Shown piece by piece: positions 30,177 through 47,400 of a stretch of 64,000 nucleotides of DNA. The notes beneath the pieces were generated by a model, which worked only from the letters and a program-made list of their open reading frames with translations, made no database searches and was not told the DNA's origin. Made by a program: the position numbers and the translations under genes. Position 1 is the stretch's first letter. Each line of letters opens with the position of its first letter. Source of the stretch: Eledone cirrhosa (taxonomy: Eukaryota); the NCBI GenBank assembly GCA_964016885.1, contig OZ024741.1:32798001-32862000 (forward strand), read 5' to 3'.

Positions 30177-33100
30177 ACTGTAAGACACATATATACTGTA
30201 AGACACATATATACTGTAAGACACATAGATATACTGTAAGACACATATATACTGTAAGACACATATATACTGTAAGACACATATATACTGTAAGACACAT
30301 ATATACTGTAAGACACATAGATACTGTAAGACACATATATATACTGTAAGACACATATATACTGTAAGACACATATATACTGTAAGACACATATATATAC
30401 TGTAAGACACATATATACTGTAAGACACATAGATACTGTAAGACACATATATATACTGTAAGACACATATATACTGTAAGACACATCTATACTGTAAGAC
30501 ACATATATATACTGTAAGACACATATATACTGTAAGACACATATATACTGTAAGACACATATATACTGTAAGACACATATATACTGTAAGACACATAGAT
30601 ACTGTAAGACACATATATATACTGTAAGACACATAGATACTGTAAGACACATAGATACTGTAAGACACATATATATACTGTAAGACACATATATACTGTA
30701 AGACACATATATACTGTAAGACACATATATACTGTAAGACACATATATACTGTAAGACACATATATACTGTAAGACACATATATATTGTAAGACACATAT
30801 ATACTGTAAGACACATATATACTGTAAGACACATATATACTGTAAGACAGATATATACTGTAAGACACATGTATACTGTAAGACACATATATACTGTAAG
30901 ACACATATATACTGTAAGACACATATATACTGTAAGACACATATATATACTGTAAGACACATATATACTGTAAGACACATATATATACTGTAAGACACAT
31001 ATATACTGTAAGACACATAGATATACTGTAAGACACATATATACTGTAAGACACATATATATACTGTAACACACATATATACTGTAAGACACATATATAC
31101 TGTAAGACACATATATATACTGTAAGACACATATATACTGTAAGACACATAGATATACTGTAAGACACATATATACCGTAAGACACATATATACTGTAAG
31201 ACACATATATACTGTAAGACACATACATACTGTAAGACACATAGATACTGTAAGAGACATATATATACTGTAAGACACATATATACTGTAAGACACATAT
31301 ATACTGTAAGACACATATATATACTGTAAGACACATATATACTGTAAGACACATAGATACTGTAAGACACATATATATATTGTAAGACACATATATACTG
31401 TAAGACACATCTATACTGTAAGACACATATATATACTGTATGACACATATATACTGTAAGACACATATATATACTGTAAGACACATATATACTGTAAGAC
31501 ACATATATACTGTAAGACACATATATACTGTAAGACACATATATACTGTAAGACACATAGATACTGTAAGACACATATATATACTGTAAGACACATAGAT
31601 ACTGTAAGACACATAGATACTGTAATACACATATATATACTGTAAGAAACATATATACTGTAAGACACACTTATATACTGTAAGACACATATATACTGTA
31701 AGACACATATATATACTGTAAGACACATATATACTGTAAGACACATATATACTGTAAGACACATATATACTGTAAGACACATATATACTGTAAGAAACAT
31801 ATATATTGTAAGACACATATATACTGTAAGACACATATATACTGTAAGACACATATATACTGTAAGACACATATATATTGTAAGACACATATATACTGTA
31901 AGACACATATATACTGTAAGACACATATATATTGTAAGACACATATATACTGTAAGACACATATATACTGTAAGACACATATATATACTGTAAGACACAT
32001 ATATACTGTAAGACACATATATATATACTGTAAGACACATATAAACTGTAAGACACATATATACTGTAAGACACATATATATTGTAAGACACATATATAC
32101 TGTAAGACACATATATACTGTAAGACACATATATATACTGTAAGACACATATATACTGTAAGACACATATATATACTGTAAGACACATATATACTGTAAG
32201 ACACATATATACTGTAAGACACATAGATACTGTAAGACATATATACTGTAAGACACATATATACTGTAAGACACATATATATACTGTAAGACACATATAT
32301 ACTGTAAGACACATATATACTGTAAGACACATAGATATACTGTAAGACACATATATACCGTAAGACACATATATACTGCAAGACACATATATACTGTAAG
32401 ACACATACATACTGTAAGACACATAGATACTGTAAGACACATATATATACTGTAATACACATATATACTGTAAGACACATATATACTGTAAGACACATAT
32501 ATATACTGTAAGACACATATATACTGTAAGACACATAGATACTGTAAGACACATATATATACTGTAAGACACATATATACTGTAAGGCACATCTATACTG
32601 TAAGACACATATATATACTGTAAGACACATATATACTGTAAGACACATATATATACTGTAAGACACATATATACGGTAAGACACATATATACTGTAAGAC
32701 ACATAGATACTGTAAGACACATATATATACTGTAAGACACGTAGATACTGTAAGACACATAGATACTGTAAGACACATATATATACTGTAAGACACATAT
32801 ATACTGTAAGACACATATATACTGTAACCCACATATATACTGTAAGACACATATATACTGTAAGACACATATATATTGTAAGACACATATATACTGTAAG
32901 ACACATATATACTGTAAGACACATATATACTGTAAGACAGATATATACTGTAAGACACATATATACTGTAAGACACATATATACTGTAAGACACATATAT
33001 ACTGTAAGACACATATATACTGTAAGACACATATATATACTGTAAGACACATATATACTGTAAGACACATAGATATACTGTAAGACACATATATACTGTA

Positions 33101-36100
33101 AGACACATATATATTGTAAGACACATATATATACTGTAAGACACATATATACTGTAAGACACAGATATACTGTAAGACACATATATACTGTAAGACACAT
33201 ATATACTGTAAGACACATATATATACTGTAAGACACATATATACTGTAAGACACATATATACTGTAAGACACATATATATACTGTAAGACACATATATAG
33301 TGTAAGACACATAGATATACTGTAAGACACATATATACCGTAAGACACATATATACTGTAAGACACATATATACTGTAAGACACATACATACTGTAAGAC
33401 ACATAGATACTGTAAGACACATATATATACTGTAAGACACATATATACTGTAAGACACATATATACTGTAAGACACATATATATACTGTAAGACACATAT
33501 ATACTGTAAGACACATAGATACTGTAAGACACATATATATACTGTAAGACACATATATACTGTAAGACACATCTATACTGTAAGACACATATATATACTG
33601 TAAGACACATATATACTGTAAGACACATATATATACTGTAAGACACATATATACTGTAAGACACATATATACTGTAAGACACATAGATACTGTAAACACA
33701 TATATATACTGTAAGACACATAGATACTGTAAGACACATAGATACTGTAAGACACATATATACTGTAAGACACATATATACTGTAAGACACATATATATA
33801 CTGTAAGACACATATATACTGTAAGACACATATATACTGTAAGACACATATATATACTGTAAGACACATATATACTGTAAGACACATAGATACTGTAAGA
33901 CACATATATATACTATAAGACACATATATACTGTAAGACACATCTATACTGTAAGACACATATATATACTGTAAGACACATATATACTGTAAGACACATA
34001 TATATACTGTAAGACACATATATACTGTAAGACACATATATACTGTAAGACACATAGATACTGTAAGACACATATATATACTGTAAGACACATAGATACT
34101 GTAAGACACATAGATACTGTAAGACACATATATATACTGTAAGACACATATATACTGTAAGACACATATATACTGTAAGACACATATATACTGTAAGACA
34201 CATATATACTGTAAGACACATATATACTGTAAGACACATATATATTGTAAGACACATATATACTGTAAGACACATATATACTGTAAGACACATATATACT
34301 GTAAGACAGATATATACTGTAAGACACATGTATACTGTAAGACACATATATACTGTAAGACACATATATACTGTAAGACACATATATACTGTAAGACACA
34401 TATATATACTGTAAGACACATATATACTGTAAGACACATATATATACTGTAAGACACATATATACTGTAAGACACATAGATATACTGTAAGACACATATA
34501 TACTGTAAGACACATATATATACTGTAACACACATATATACTGTAAGACACATATATACTGTAAGACACATATATATACTGTAAGACACATATATACTGT
34601 AAGACACATAGATATACTGTAAGACACATATATACCGTAAGACACATATATACTGTAAGACACATATATACTGTAAGACACATACATACTGTAAGACACA
34701 TAGATACTGTAAGAGACATATATATACTGTAAGACACATATATACTGTAAGACACATATATACTGTAAGACACATATATATACTGTAAGACACATATATA
34801 CTGTAAGACACATAGATACTGTAAGACACATATATATATTGTAAGACACATATATACTGTAAGACACATCTATACTGTAAGACACATATATATACTGTAT
34901 GACACATATATACTGTAAGACACATATATATACTGTAAGACACATATATACTGTAAGACACATATATACTGTAAGACACATATATACTGTAAGACACATA
35001 TATACTGTAAGACACATAGATACTGTAAGACACATATATATACTGTAAGACACATAGATACTGTAAGACACATAGATACTGTAAGACACATATATATACT
35101 GTAAGAAACATATATACTGTAAGACACACATATATACTGTAAGACACATATATACTGTAAGACACATATATATACTGTAAGACACATATATACTGTAAGA
35201 CACATATATACTGTAAGACACATATATACTGTAAGACACATATATACTGTAAGAAACATATATATTGTAAGACACATATATACTGTAAGACACATATATA
35301 CTGTAAGACACATATATACTGTAAGACACATATATATTGTAAGACACATATATACTGTAAGACACATATATACTGTAAGACACATATATATTGTAAGACA
35401 CATATATACTGTAAGACACATATATACTGTAAGACACATATATATACTGTAAGACACATATATACTGTAAGACACATATATATATACTGTAAGACACATA
35501 TATACTGTAAGACACATAGATACTGTAAGACATATATACTGTAAGACACATATATACTGTAAGACACATATATATACTGTAAGACACATATATACTGTAA
35601 GACACATATATACTGTAAGACACATAGATATACTGTAAGACACATATATACCGTAAGACACATATATACTGCAAGACACATATATACTGTAAGACACATA
35701 CATACTGTAAGACACATAGATACTGTAAGACACATATATATACTGTAAGACACATATATACTGTAAGACACATATATACTGTAAGACACATATATATACT
35801 GTAAGACACATATATACTGTAAGACACATAGATACTGTAAGACACATATATATACTGTAAGACACATATATACTGTAAGGCACATCTATACTGTAAGACA
35901 CATATATATACTGTAAGACACATATATACTGTAAGACACATATATATACTGTAAGACACATATATACGGTAAGACACATATATACTGTAAGACACATAGA
36001 TACTGTAAGACACATATATATACTGTAAGACACGTAGATACTGTAAGACACATAGATACTGTAAGACACATATATATACTGTAAGACACATATATACTGT

Positions 36101-39100
36101 AAGACACATATATACTGTAAGACACATATATACTGTAAGACACATATATACTGTAAGACACATATATATTGTAAGACACATATATACTGTAAGGACACAT
36201 ATATACTGTAAGACACATATATACTGTAAGACAGATATATACTGTAAGACACATATATACTGTAAGACACATATATACTGTAAGACACATATATACTGTA
36301 AGACACATATATACTGTAAGACACATATATATACTGTAAGACACATATATACTGTAAGACACATAGATATACTGTAAGACACATATATACTGTAAGACAC
36401 ATATATATTGTAAGACACATATATATACTGTAAGACACATATATACTGTAAGACACATAGATATACTCTAAGACACATATATACTGTAAGACACATATAT
36501 ACTGTAAGACACATATATATACTGTAAGACACATATATACTGTAAGACACATATATATTGTAAGACACATATATATACTGTAAGACACATATATAGTGTA
36601 AGACACATAGATATACTGTAAGACACATATATACCGTAAGACACATATATACTGTAAGACACATATATACTGTAAGACACATACATACTGTAAGACACAT
36701 AGATACTGTAAGACACATATATATACTGTAAGACACATATATACTGTAAGACACATATATACTGTAAGACACATATATATACTGTAAGACACATATATAC
36801 TGTAAGACACATAGATACTGTAAGACACATATATATACTGTAAGACACATATATACTGTAAGACACATCTATACTGTAAGACACATATATATACTGTAAG
36901 ACACATATATACTGTAAGACACATATATATACTGTAAGGACACATATATACTGTAAGACACATATATACTGTAAGACACATAGATACTGTAAACACATAT
37001 ATATACTGTAAGACACATAGATACTGTAAGACACATAGATACTGTAAGACACATATATACTGTAAGACACATATATACTGTAAGACACATATATACTGTA
37101 AGACACATATATACTGTAAGGACACATATATACTGTAAGACACATATATATTGTAAGACACATATATACTGTAAGACACATATATACTGTAAGACACATA
37201 TATACTGTAAGACACATATATACTGTAAGACACATATATACTGTAAGACACATATATACTGTAAGACACATATATATTGTAAGACACATATATACTGTAA
37301 GACACATATATACTGTAAGACAGATATATACTGTAAGACACATATATACTATAAGACACATATATACTGTAAGACACATATATATACTGTAAGACACATA
37401 TATACTGTAAGACACGTATATACTGTAAGACACATATATACTGTAAGACATATATATACTGTAAGACACATATATACTGTAAGACACATAGATACTGTAA
37501 GACAGATATATACTGTAAGACACATATATACTGTAAGACACATATATATACTGTAAGACACATATATACTGTAAGACACATATATACTGTAAGACACATA
37601 TATATACTGTAAGACACATATATACTGTAAGACACATATATATACTGTAACACACATATATACTGTAAGACACGTATATACTGTAAGACACATATATACT
37701 GTAAGACATATATATACTGTAAGACACGTATATACTGTAAGACACATATATACTGTAAGACACATATATACTGTAAGACACATATATACTGTAAGACACA
37801 TATATACTGTAAGACACATATATACTGTAAGACACATATATATATACTGTAAGACACATATATACTGTAAGACATATATATACTGTAAGACACATATATA
37901 CTCTAAGACACATATATACTGTAAGACATATATATACTGGAAGACACATATATACTGTAAGACACATATATACTGTAAGACATATATATACTGGAAGACA
38001 CATATATACTGTAAGACACATAGATACTGTAAGACACATATATACTGTAAGACACATATATACTGTAAGACACATATATACTGTAAGACATATATATACT
38101 GGAAGACACATATATACTGTAAGACACATATATACTGTAAGACATATATATACTGTAAGACACATATATACTGTAAGACCATATATATACTGTAAGACAT
38201 ATATATACTGTAAGACACATATATACTGTAAGACACATATATACTGTAAGACACATATATACTGTAAGACACATATATACTGTAAGACAGATATATACTG
38301 TAAGACACATATATACTATAAGACACATATATACTGTAAGACACATATATATACTGTAAGACACATATATACTGTAAGACACGTACATACTGTAAGACAC
38401 ATATATACTGTAAGACATATATATACTGTAAGACACATATATACTGTAAGACACATAGATACTGTAAGACAGATATATACTGTAGACACATATATACTGT
38501 AAGACACATATATATACTGTAAGACACATATATACTGTAAGACACATATATATACTGTAACACACATATATACTGTAAGACACGTATATACTGTAAGACA
38601 CATATATACTGTAAGACATATATATACTGTAAGACACGTATATACTGTAAGACACATATATACTGTAAGACACATATATACTGTAAGACACATATATACT
38701 GTAAGATACATATATACTGTAAGACACATATATACTGTAAGACACATATATATATACTGTAAGACACATATATACTGTAAGACATATATATACTGTAAGA
38801 CACATATATACTCTAAGACACATATATACTGTAAGACATATATATACTGGAAGACACATATATACTGTAAGACACATATATACTGTAAGACATATATATA
38901 CTGGAAGACACATATATACTGTAAGACACATAGATACTGTAAGACACCATATATACTGTAAGACACATATATACTGTAAGACACATATATACTGTAAGAC
39001 ATATATATACTGGAAGACACATATATACTGTAAGACACATATATACTGTAAGACATATATATACTGTAAGACACATATATACTGTAAGACATATATATAC

Positions 39101-42100
39101 TGTAAGACATATATATACTGTAAGACACATATATACTGTAAGACACATATATACTGTAAGACACATATATACTGTAAGACACATATATATACTGTAAGAC
39201 ACATATATACTGTAAGACACATAGATACTGCAAGACACATATATACTGTAAGACACATATATACTGTAAGACACATATATACTGTTAGACACATATATAC
39301 TGTAAGACACATATATATTGTAAGACACATATATACTGTAAGACACATATATACTGTAAGACACATATATATACTGTAAGACACATATATACTGTAAGAC
39401 ACATATATATACTGTAAGACACATATATACTGTAAGACACATATATACTGTAAGACACATATATACTGTAAGACACATATATACTGTAAGACACATATAT
39501 ATACTGTAAGACACATATATACTGTAAGACACACATATATACTGTAAGACACATATATACTGTAAGACACATATATATACTGTAAGACACATATATACTG
39601 TAAGACACATATATACTGTAAGACACATATATACTGTAAGACACATATATACTGTAAGAAACATATATATTGTAAGACACATATATACTGTAAGACACAT
39701 ATATACTGTAAGACACATATATACTGTAAGACACATATATATTGTAAGACACATATATACTGTAAGACACATATATACTGTAAGACACATATATATTGTA
39801 AGACACATATATACTGTAAGACACATATATACTGTAAGACACATATATATACTGTAAGACACATATATACTGTAAGACACATATATATATACTGTAAGAC
39901 ACATATATACTGTAAGACACATATATACTGTAAGACACATATATATTGTAAGACACATATATACTGTAAGACACATATATACTGTAAGACACATATATAT
40001 ACTGTAAGACACATATATACTGTAAGACACATATATATACTGTAAGACACAAATATACTGTAAGACACATATATACTGTAAGACACATAGATACTGTAAG
40101 ACATATATACTGTAAGACACATATATACTGTAAGACACATATATATACTGTAAGACACATATATACTGTAAGACACATATATACTGTAAGACACATAGAT
40201 ATACTGTAAGACACATATATACCGTCAGACACATATATACTGTAAGACACATATATACTGTAAGACACATACATACTGTAAGACACATAGATACTGTAAG
40301 ACACATATATATACTGTAAGACACATATATACTGTAAGGACACATATATACTGTAAGACACATATATATACTGTAAGACACATATATACTGTAAGACACA
40401 TAGATACTGTAAGACACATATATATACTGTAAGACACATATATACTGTAAGACACATCTATACTGTAAGACACATATATATACTGTAAGACACATATATA
40501 CTGTAAGACACATATATATACTGTAAGACACATAGTAAGACACATATATACTGTAAGACACATAGATACTGTAAGACACATATATATACTGTAAGACACA
40601 TAGATACTGTAAGACACATAGATACTGTAAGACACATATATATACTGTAAGACACATATATACTGTAAGACACATATATACTGTAAGACACATATATACT
40701 GTAAGACACATATATACTGTAAGACACATATATACTGTAAGACACATATATATTGTAAGACACATATATACTGTAAGACACATATATACTGTAAGACACA
40801 TATATACTGTAAGACAGATATATACTGTAAGACACATATATACTGTAAGAGACATATATACTGTAAGACAAATATATACTGTAAGACACATATATACTAT
40901 AAGACACATATATACTGTAAGACACATATATATACTGTAAGACACATATATACTGTAATACACGTATATACTGTAAGACACATATATACTGTAAGACATA
41001 TATATACTGTAAGACACATATATACTGTAAGACACATAGATACTGTAAGACAGATATATACTGTAAGACACATATATACTGTAAGACACATAAATATACT
41101 GTAAGACACATATATACTGTAAGACACATATATACTGTAAGACACATATATATACTGTAAGACACATATATACTGTAAGACACATATATATACTGTAAGG
41201 CACATATATACTGTAAGACACATATATACTGTAAGACACATATATACTGTAAGACACGTATATACTGTAAGACACATATATATACTGTAAGACACATATA
41301 TACTGTAAGACACATAGATACTGTAAGACACATCTATACTGTAAGACACATATATATACTGTAAGACACATATATACTGTAAGACACATATATACTGTAA
41401 GACACATATATACTGTAAGACACATATATATACTGTAAGACACATATATACTGTAAGCCACATATATACTTTAAGACACATATATACTGTAAGACACATA
41501 GATACTGTAAGACACATATATACTGTAAGACACATATATATACTGTAAGACCCATATATAATGTAAGACACATAGATACTGTAAGACACATATATACTGT
41601 AAGACACATATATATACTGTAAGACACATATATACTGTAAAACACATATATACTGTAAGACACATATATACTGTAAGACACATATATACTGTAAGACACA
41701 TATATATACTGTAAGACACAATATATACTGTAAGACACATAGATAATGTAAGACACATATATAATGTAAGACACATATATACTGTAAGACATATATATAC
41801 TGGAAGACACATATATACTGTAAGACACATCTATACTGTAAGACACATATATATACTGTAAGATTCATATACTGTAAGACACATATATATACTGTAAGAC
41901 ACATATATACTGTAAGACACATATATACTGTAAGACACATCTATACTGTAAGACACATATATATACTGTAAGACACATATATACTGTAAGACACATATAT
42001 ATACTGTAAGACACATATATACTGTAAGACACATCTATACTGTAAGACACTATATATACTGTAAGACACATATATACTGTAAGACACATAGATACTGTAA

Positions 42101-44400
42101 GACACATCTATACTGTAAGACACATATATATACTGTAAGACACATATATACTGTAAGACACATATATACTGTAAGAAACGTATATACGCTAAGACACATA
42201 TATACTGTAAGACACATATATATACTGTAAGACACATATATACTGTAATACACATCTATACTGTAAGACACATTATATACTGTAAGACACATATATACTG
42301 TAAGACATATATATACTGGAAGACACATATATATACTGTAAGACACATATATACTGTAAGACACATCTATACTGTAAGACACATAGATACTGTAAGACAC
42401 ATATATACTGTAAGACACATATACTGTAAGACATATATATACTGTAAGACACATATATACTGTAAGACACATATATACTGTAAGACACATATATACTGTA
42501 AGACACATAGATACTGTAAGACACATATATACTGTAAGACACATATATACTGGAAGACACATATATACTGTAAGACACATATATACTGTAAGACACATAT
42601 ATTGTAAGACACATATATACTGTAAGACACATATATATACTGTAAGACACATATATACTGTAAGACACATATATACTGTAAGACACATATATACTGTAAG
42701 ACACTATATATACTGTAAGACACATATATACTGTAAGACACATATATATAGTAAGACACATTATACTGTAAGACACATATATTACTGTAAGACACATATA
42801 TTACTGTAAGACACATATATACTGTAAGACACATATATACTGTAAGACACATAGATACTGTAAGACACATATATACTGTAAGACACATATATACTGTAAG
42901 ACACATATATACTGTAAGACACATATATACTGTAAGACACATATATACTGTAAGACACATATATACTGTAAGACACATATATACTGTAAGACACATATAT
43001 ACTGTAAGACACATATATACTGTAAGACACATAGAATTACTGTAAGACACATATATACTGTAAGACACATATATACTGTAGGACACATATATACTTGTAA
43101 GACACATATATACTGTAAGACACATAGATACTGTAAGACACATAGATACTGTAAGACACATATATATACTGTAAGACACATAGATACTGTAAGACACATA
43201 TATACTGTAAGACACATATATACTGTAAGACACATATATACTGTAAGACACATATATTTACTGTAAGACACATATATACTGTAAGACACGTACATACTGT
43301 AAGACACATATATACTGTAAGACTATATATACTGTAAGACACATATATACTGTAAGACACATAGATACTGTAAGACAGATATATACTGTAAGACACATAT
43401 ATACTGTAAGACACATATATATACTGTAAGACACATATATACTGTAAGACACATATATATACTGTAACACACATATATACTGTAAGACACGTATATACTG
43501 TAAGACACATATATACTGTAAGACATATATATACTGTAAGACACGTATATACTGTAAGACACATATATACTGTAAGACACATATATACTGTAAGACACAT
43601 ATATACTGTAAGATACATATATACTGTAAGACACATATATACTGTAAGACACATATATATACTGTAAGACACATATATACTGTAAGACATATATATACTG
43701 TAAGACACATATATACTCTAAGACACATATATACTGTAAGACATATATATACTGGAAGACACATATATACTGTAAGACACATATATACTGTAAGACATAT
43801 ATATACTGGAAGACACATATATACTGTAAGACACATAGATACTGTAAGACACATATATACTGTAAGACACATATATACTGTAAGACACATATATACTGTA
43901 AGACATATATATACTGGAAGACACATATATACTGTAAGACACATATATACTGTAAGACATATATATACTGTAAGACACATATATACTGTAAGACATATAT
44001 ATACTGTAAGACATATATATACTGTAGAATATACTGTAAGACACATATATACTGTAAGACACATATATACTGTAAGACACATATATATACTGTAAGACAC
44101 ATATATACTGTAAGACACATAGATACTGCAAGACACATATATACTGTAAGACACATATATACTGTAAGACACATATATACTGTTAGACACATATATACTG
44201 TAAGACACATATATATTGTAAGACACATATATACTGTAAGACACATATATACTGTAAGACACATATATATACTGTAAGACACATATATACTGTAAGACAC
44301 ATATATATACTGTAAGACACATATATACTGTAAGACACATATATACTGTAAGACACATATATACTGTAAGACACATATATACTGTAAGACACATATATAC
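30177..44400 (+). repeat. 18-bp satellite ACTGTAAGACACATATAT (16/20/22-bp AT-length variants), left arm
   Basis: Continuous tandem array. Confidence 0.98.
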
Positions 44401-44401
44401 T

Positions 44402-47400
44402 GTATATATGTGTCTTACAGTATATATGTGTCTTACAGTATATATGTGTCTTACAGTATATATGTGTCTTACAGTATATATGTGTCTTACAGTATATATA
44501 TGTGTCTTACAGTATATATGTGTCTTACAGTATATATATGTGTCTTACAGTATATATGTGTCTTACAGTATATATGTGTCTTACAATATATATGTGTCTT
44601 ACAGTATATATGTGTCTAACAGTATATATGTGTCTACAGTATATATGTGTCTTTACAGTATATATGTGTCTTGCAGTATCTATGTGTCTTACAGTATATA
44701 TGTGTCTTACAAGTATATATATGTGTCTTACAGTATATATGTGTCTTACAGTATATATGTGTCTTACAGTATATATGTGTCTTACAGTATATATATGTCT
44801 TACAGTATATATATGTCTTACAGTATATATGTGTCTTACAGTATATATATGTCTTACAGTATATATGTGTCTTACAGTATATATGTGTCTTCCAGTATAT
44901 ATATGTCTTACAGTATATATGTGTCTTACAGTATATATGTGTCTTACAGTATATATGTGTCTTACAGTATCTATGTGTCTTACAGTATATATGTGTCTTC
45001 CAGTATATATATGTCTTACAGTATATATGTGTCCTTACAGTATATATGTGTCTTCCAGTATATATATGTCTTACAGTATATATGTGTCTTAGAGTATATA
45101 TGTGTCTTACAGTATATATATGTCTTACAGTATATATGTGTCTTACAGTATATATATATGTGTCTTACAGTATATATGTGTCTTACAGTATATATGTATC
45201 TTACAGTATATATGTGTCTTACAGTATATATGTGTCTTACAGTATATATGTGTCTTACAGTATATACGTGTCTTACAGTATATATATGTCTTACAGTATA
45301 TATGTGTCTTACAGTATATACGTGTCTTACAGTATATATGTGTGTTACAGTATATATATGTGTCTTACAGTATATATGTGTCTTACAGTATATATATGTG
45401 TCTTACAGTATATATGTGTCTTACAGTATATATCTGTCTTACAGTATCTATGTGTCTTACAGTATATATGTGTCTTACAGTATATATATGTCTTACAGTA
45501 TATATGTGTCTTACAGTATGTACGTGTCTTACAGTATATATGTGTCTTACAGTAAATATATGTGTCTTACAGTATATATGTGTCTTACAGTATATATGTG
45601 TCTTACAGTATATATGTGTCTTACAGTATCTATGTGTCTTACAGTATATATATGTGTCTTACAGTATCTATGTGTCTTACAGTATCTATGTGTCTTACAG
45701 TATATATGTGTCTTACAATATATATGTGTCCTACAGTATATATGTGTCTTACAGTATATATGTGTCTTACAGTATCTATGTGTCTTACAGTATATATATG
45801 TGTCTTACAGTATCTATGTGTCTTACAGTATATATGTGTCTTACAGTATATATGTGTCTTACAGTATATATGTGTCTTACAGTATATATATGTGTCTTAC
45901 AGTATATATGTGTCTTACAGTATCTATGTGTCTTACAGTATATATATGTGTCTTACAGTATCTATGTGTCTTACAGTATATATGTGTCTTACAGTATATA
46001 TGTGTCTTACAGTATATATGTGTCTTACAGTAAATATATGTGTCTTACAGTATATATGTGTCTTACTATATATATGTGTCTTACAGTATATATGTGTCTT
46101 ACAGTATATATATGTGTCTTACAGTATATATGTGTCTTACAGTATATATGTGTCTTACAGTATATATGTGTCTTACAGTATATATATGTGTCTTACAGTA
46201 TATATGTGTCTTACAATATATGTGTCTTACAGTATATATGTGTCTTACAGTATATATGTGTCTTCCAGTATATATGTGTCTTACAGTATATATGTGTCTT
46301 ACAGTATCTATGTGTCTTACAGTATATATGTGTCTTACAGTATATATGTGTCTTACAGTATATATGTGTCTTACAGTATATATATGTCTTACAGTATATG
46401 TGTCTTACAGTATATATGTGTCTTACAGTATCTATGTGTCTTACAGTATAGATGTGTCTTACAGTATATATGTGTCTTACAGTATATATATGTGTCTTCC
46501 AGTATATATATGTCTTACAGTATATATGTGTCTTACAGTATATATGTGTCTTACAGTATAGATGTGTATTACAGTATATATGTGTCTTACAGTATATATA
46601 TGTGTCTTACAGTATATATGTGTCTTAGCGTATATACGTTTCTTACAGTATATATGTGTCTTACAGTATATATGTGTCTTACAGTATATATATGTGTCTT
46701 ACAGTATAGATGTGTCTTACAGTATCTATGTGTCTTACAGTATATATGTGTCTTACAGTATATATATGTGTCTTACAGTATAGATGTGTCTTACAGTATA
46801 TATGTGTCTTACAGTATATATATGTGTCTTACAGTATATATGTGTCTTACAGTATATATATGTGTCTTACAGTATAGATGTGTCTTACAGTATATATGTG
46901 TCTTACAGTATATATGTGTCTTACAGTATATATATGTGTCTTACAGTATATATGAATCTTACAGTATATATATGTGTCTTACAGTATAGATGTGTCTTAC
47001 AGTATATATGTGTCTTCCAGTATATATATGTCTTACAGTATATATGTGTCTTACATTATATATGTGTCTTACATTATCTATGTGTCTTACAGTATATATG
47101 TGTCTTACAGTATATATATGTGTCTTACAGTATATATGTGTCTTACAGTATATATGTGTCTTACAGTATATATGTGTTTTACAGTATATATGTGTCTTAC
47201 AGTATATATATGTGTCTTACAGTATATATGTGTCTTACAGTATCTATGTGTCTTACATTATATATGGGTCTTACAGTATATATATGTGTCTTACAGTATA
47301 TATGTGTCTTACAGTATCTATGTGTCTTACAGTATATATGTGTCTTAAAGTATATATGTGGCTTACAGTATATATGTGTCTTACAGTATATATATGTGTC

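Noticed and set aside
29976-30177. Penelope RT directly adjoining, and perhaps generating, the satellite
   Set aside because: They are separated by a 200-N scaffold gap, so adjacency and orientation are unproven.
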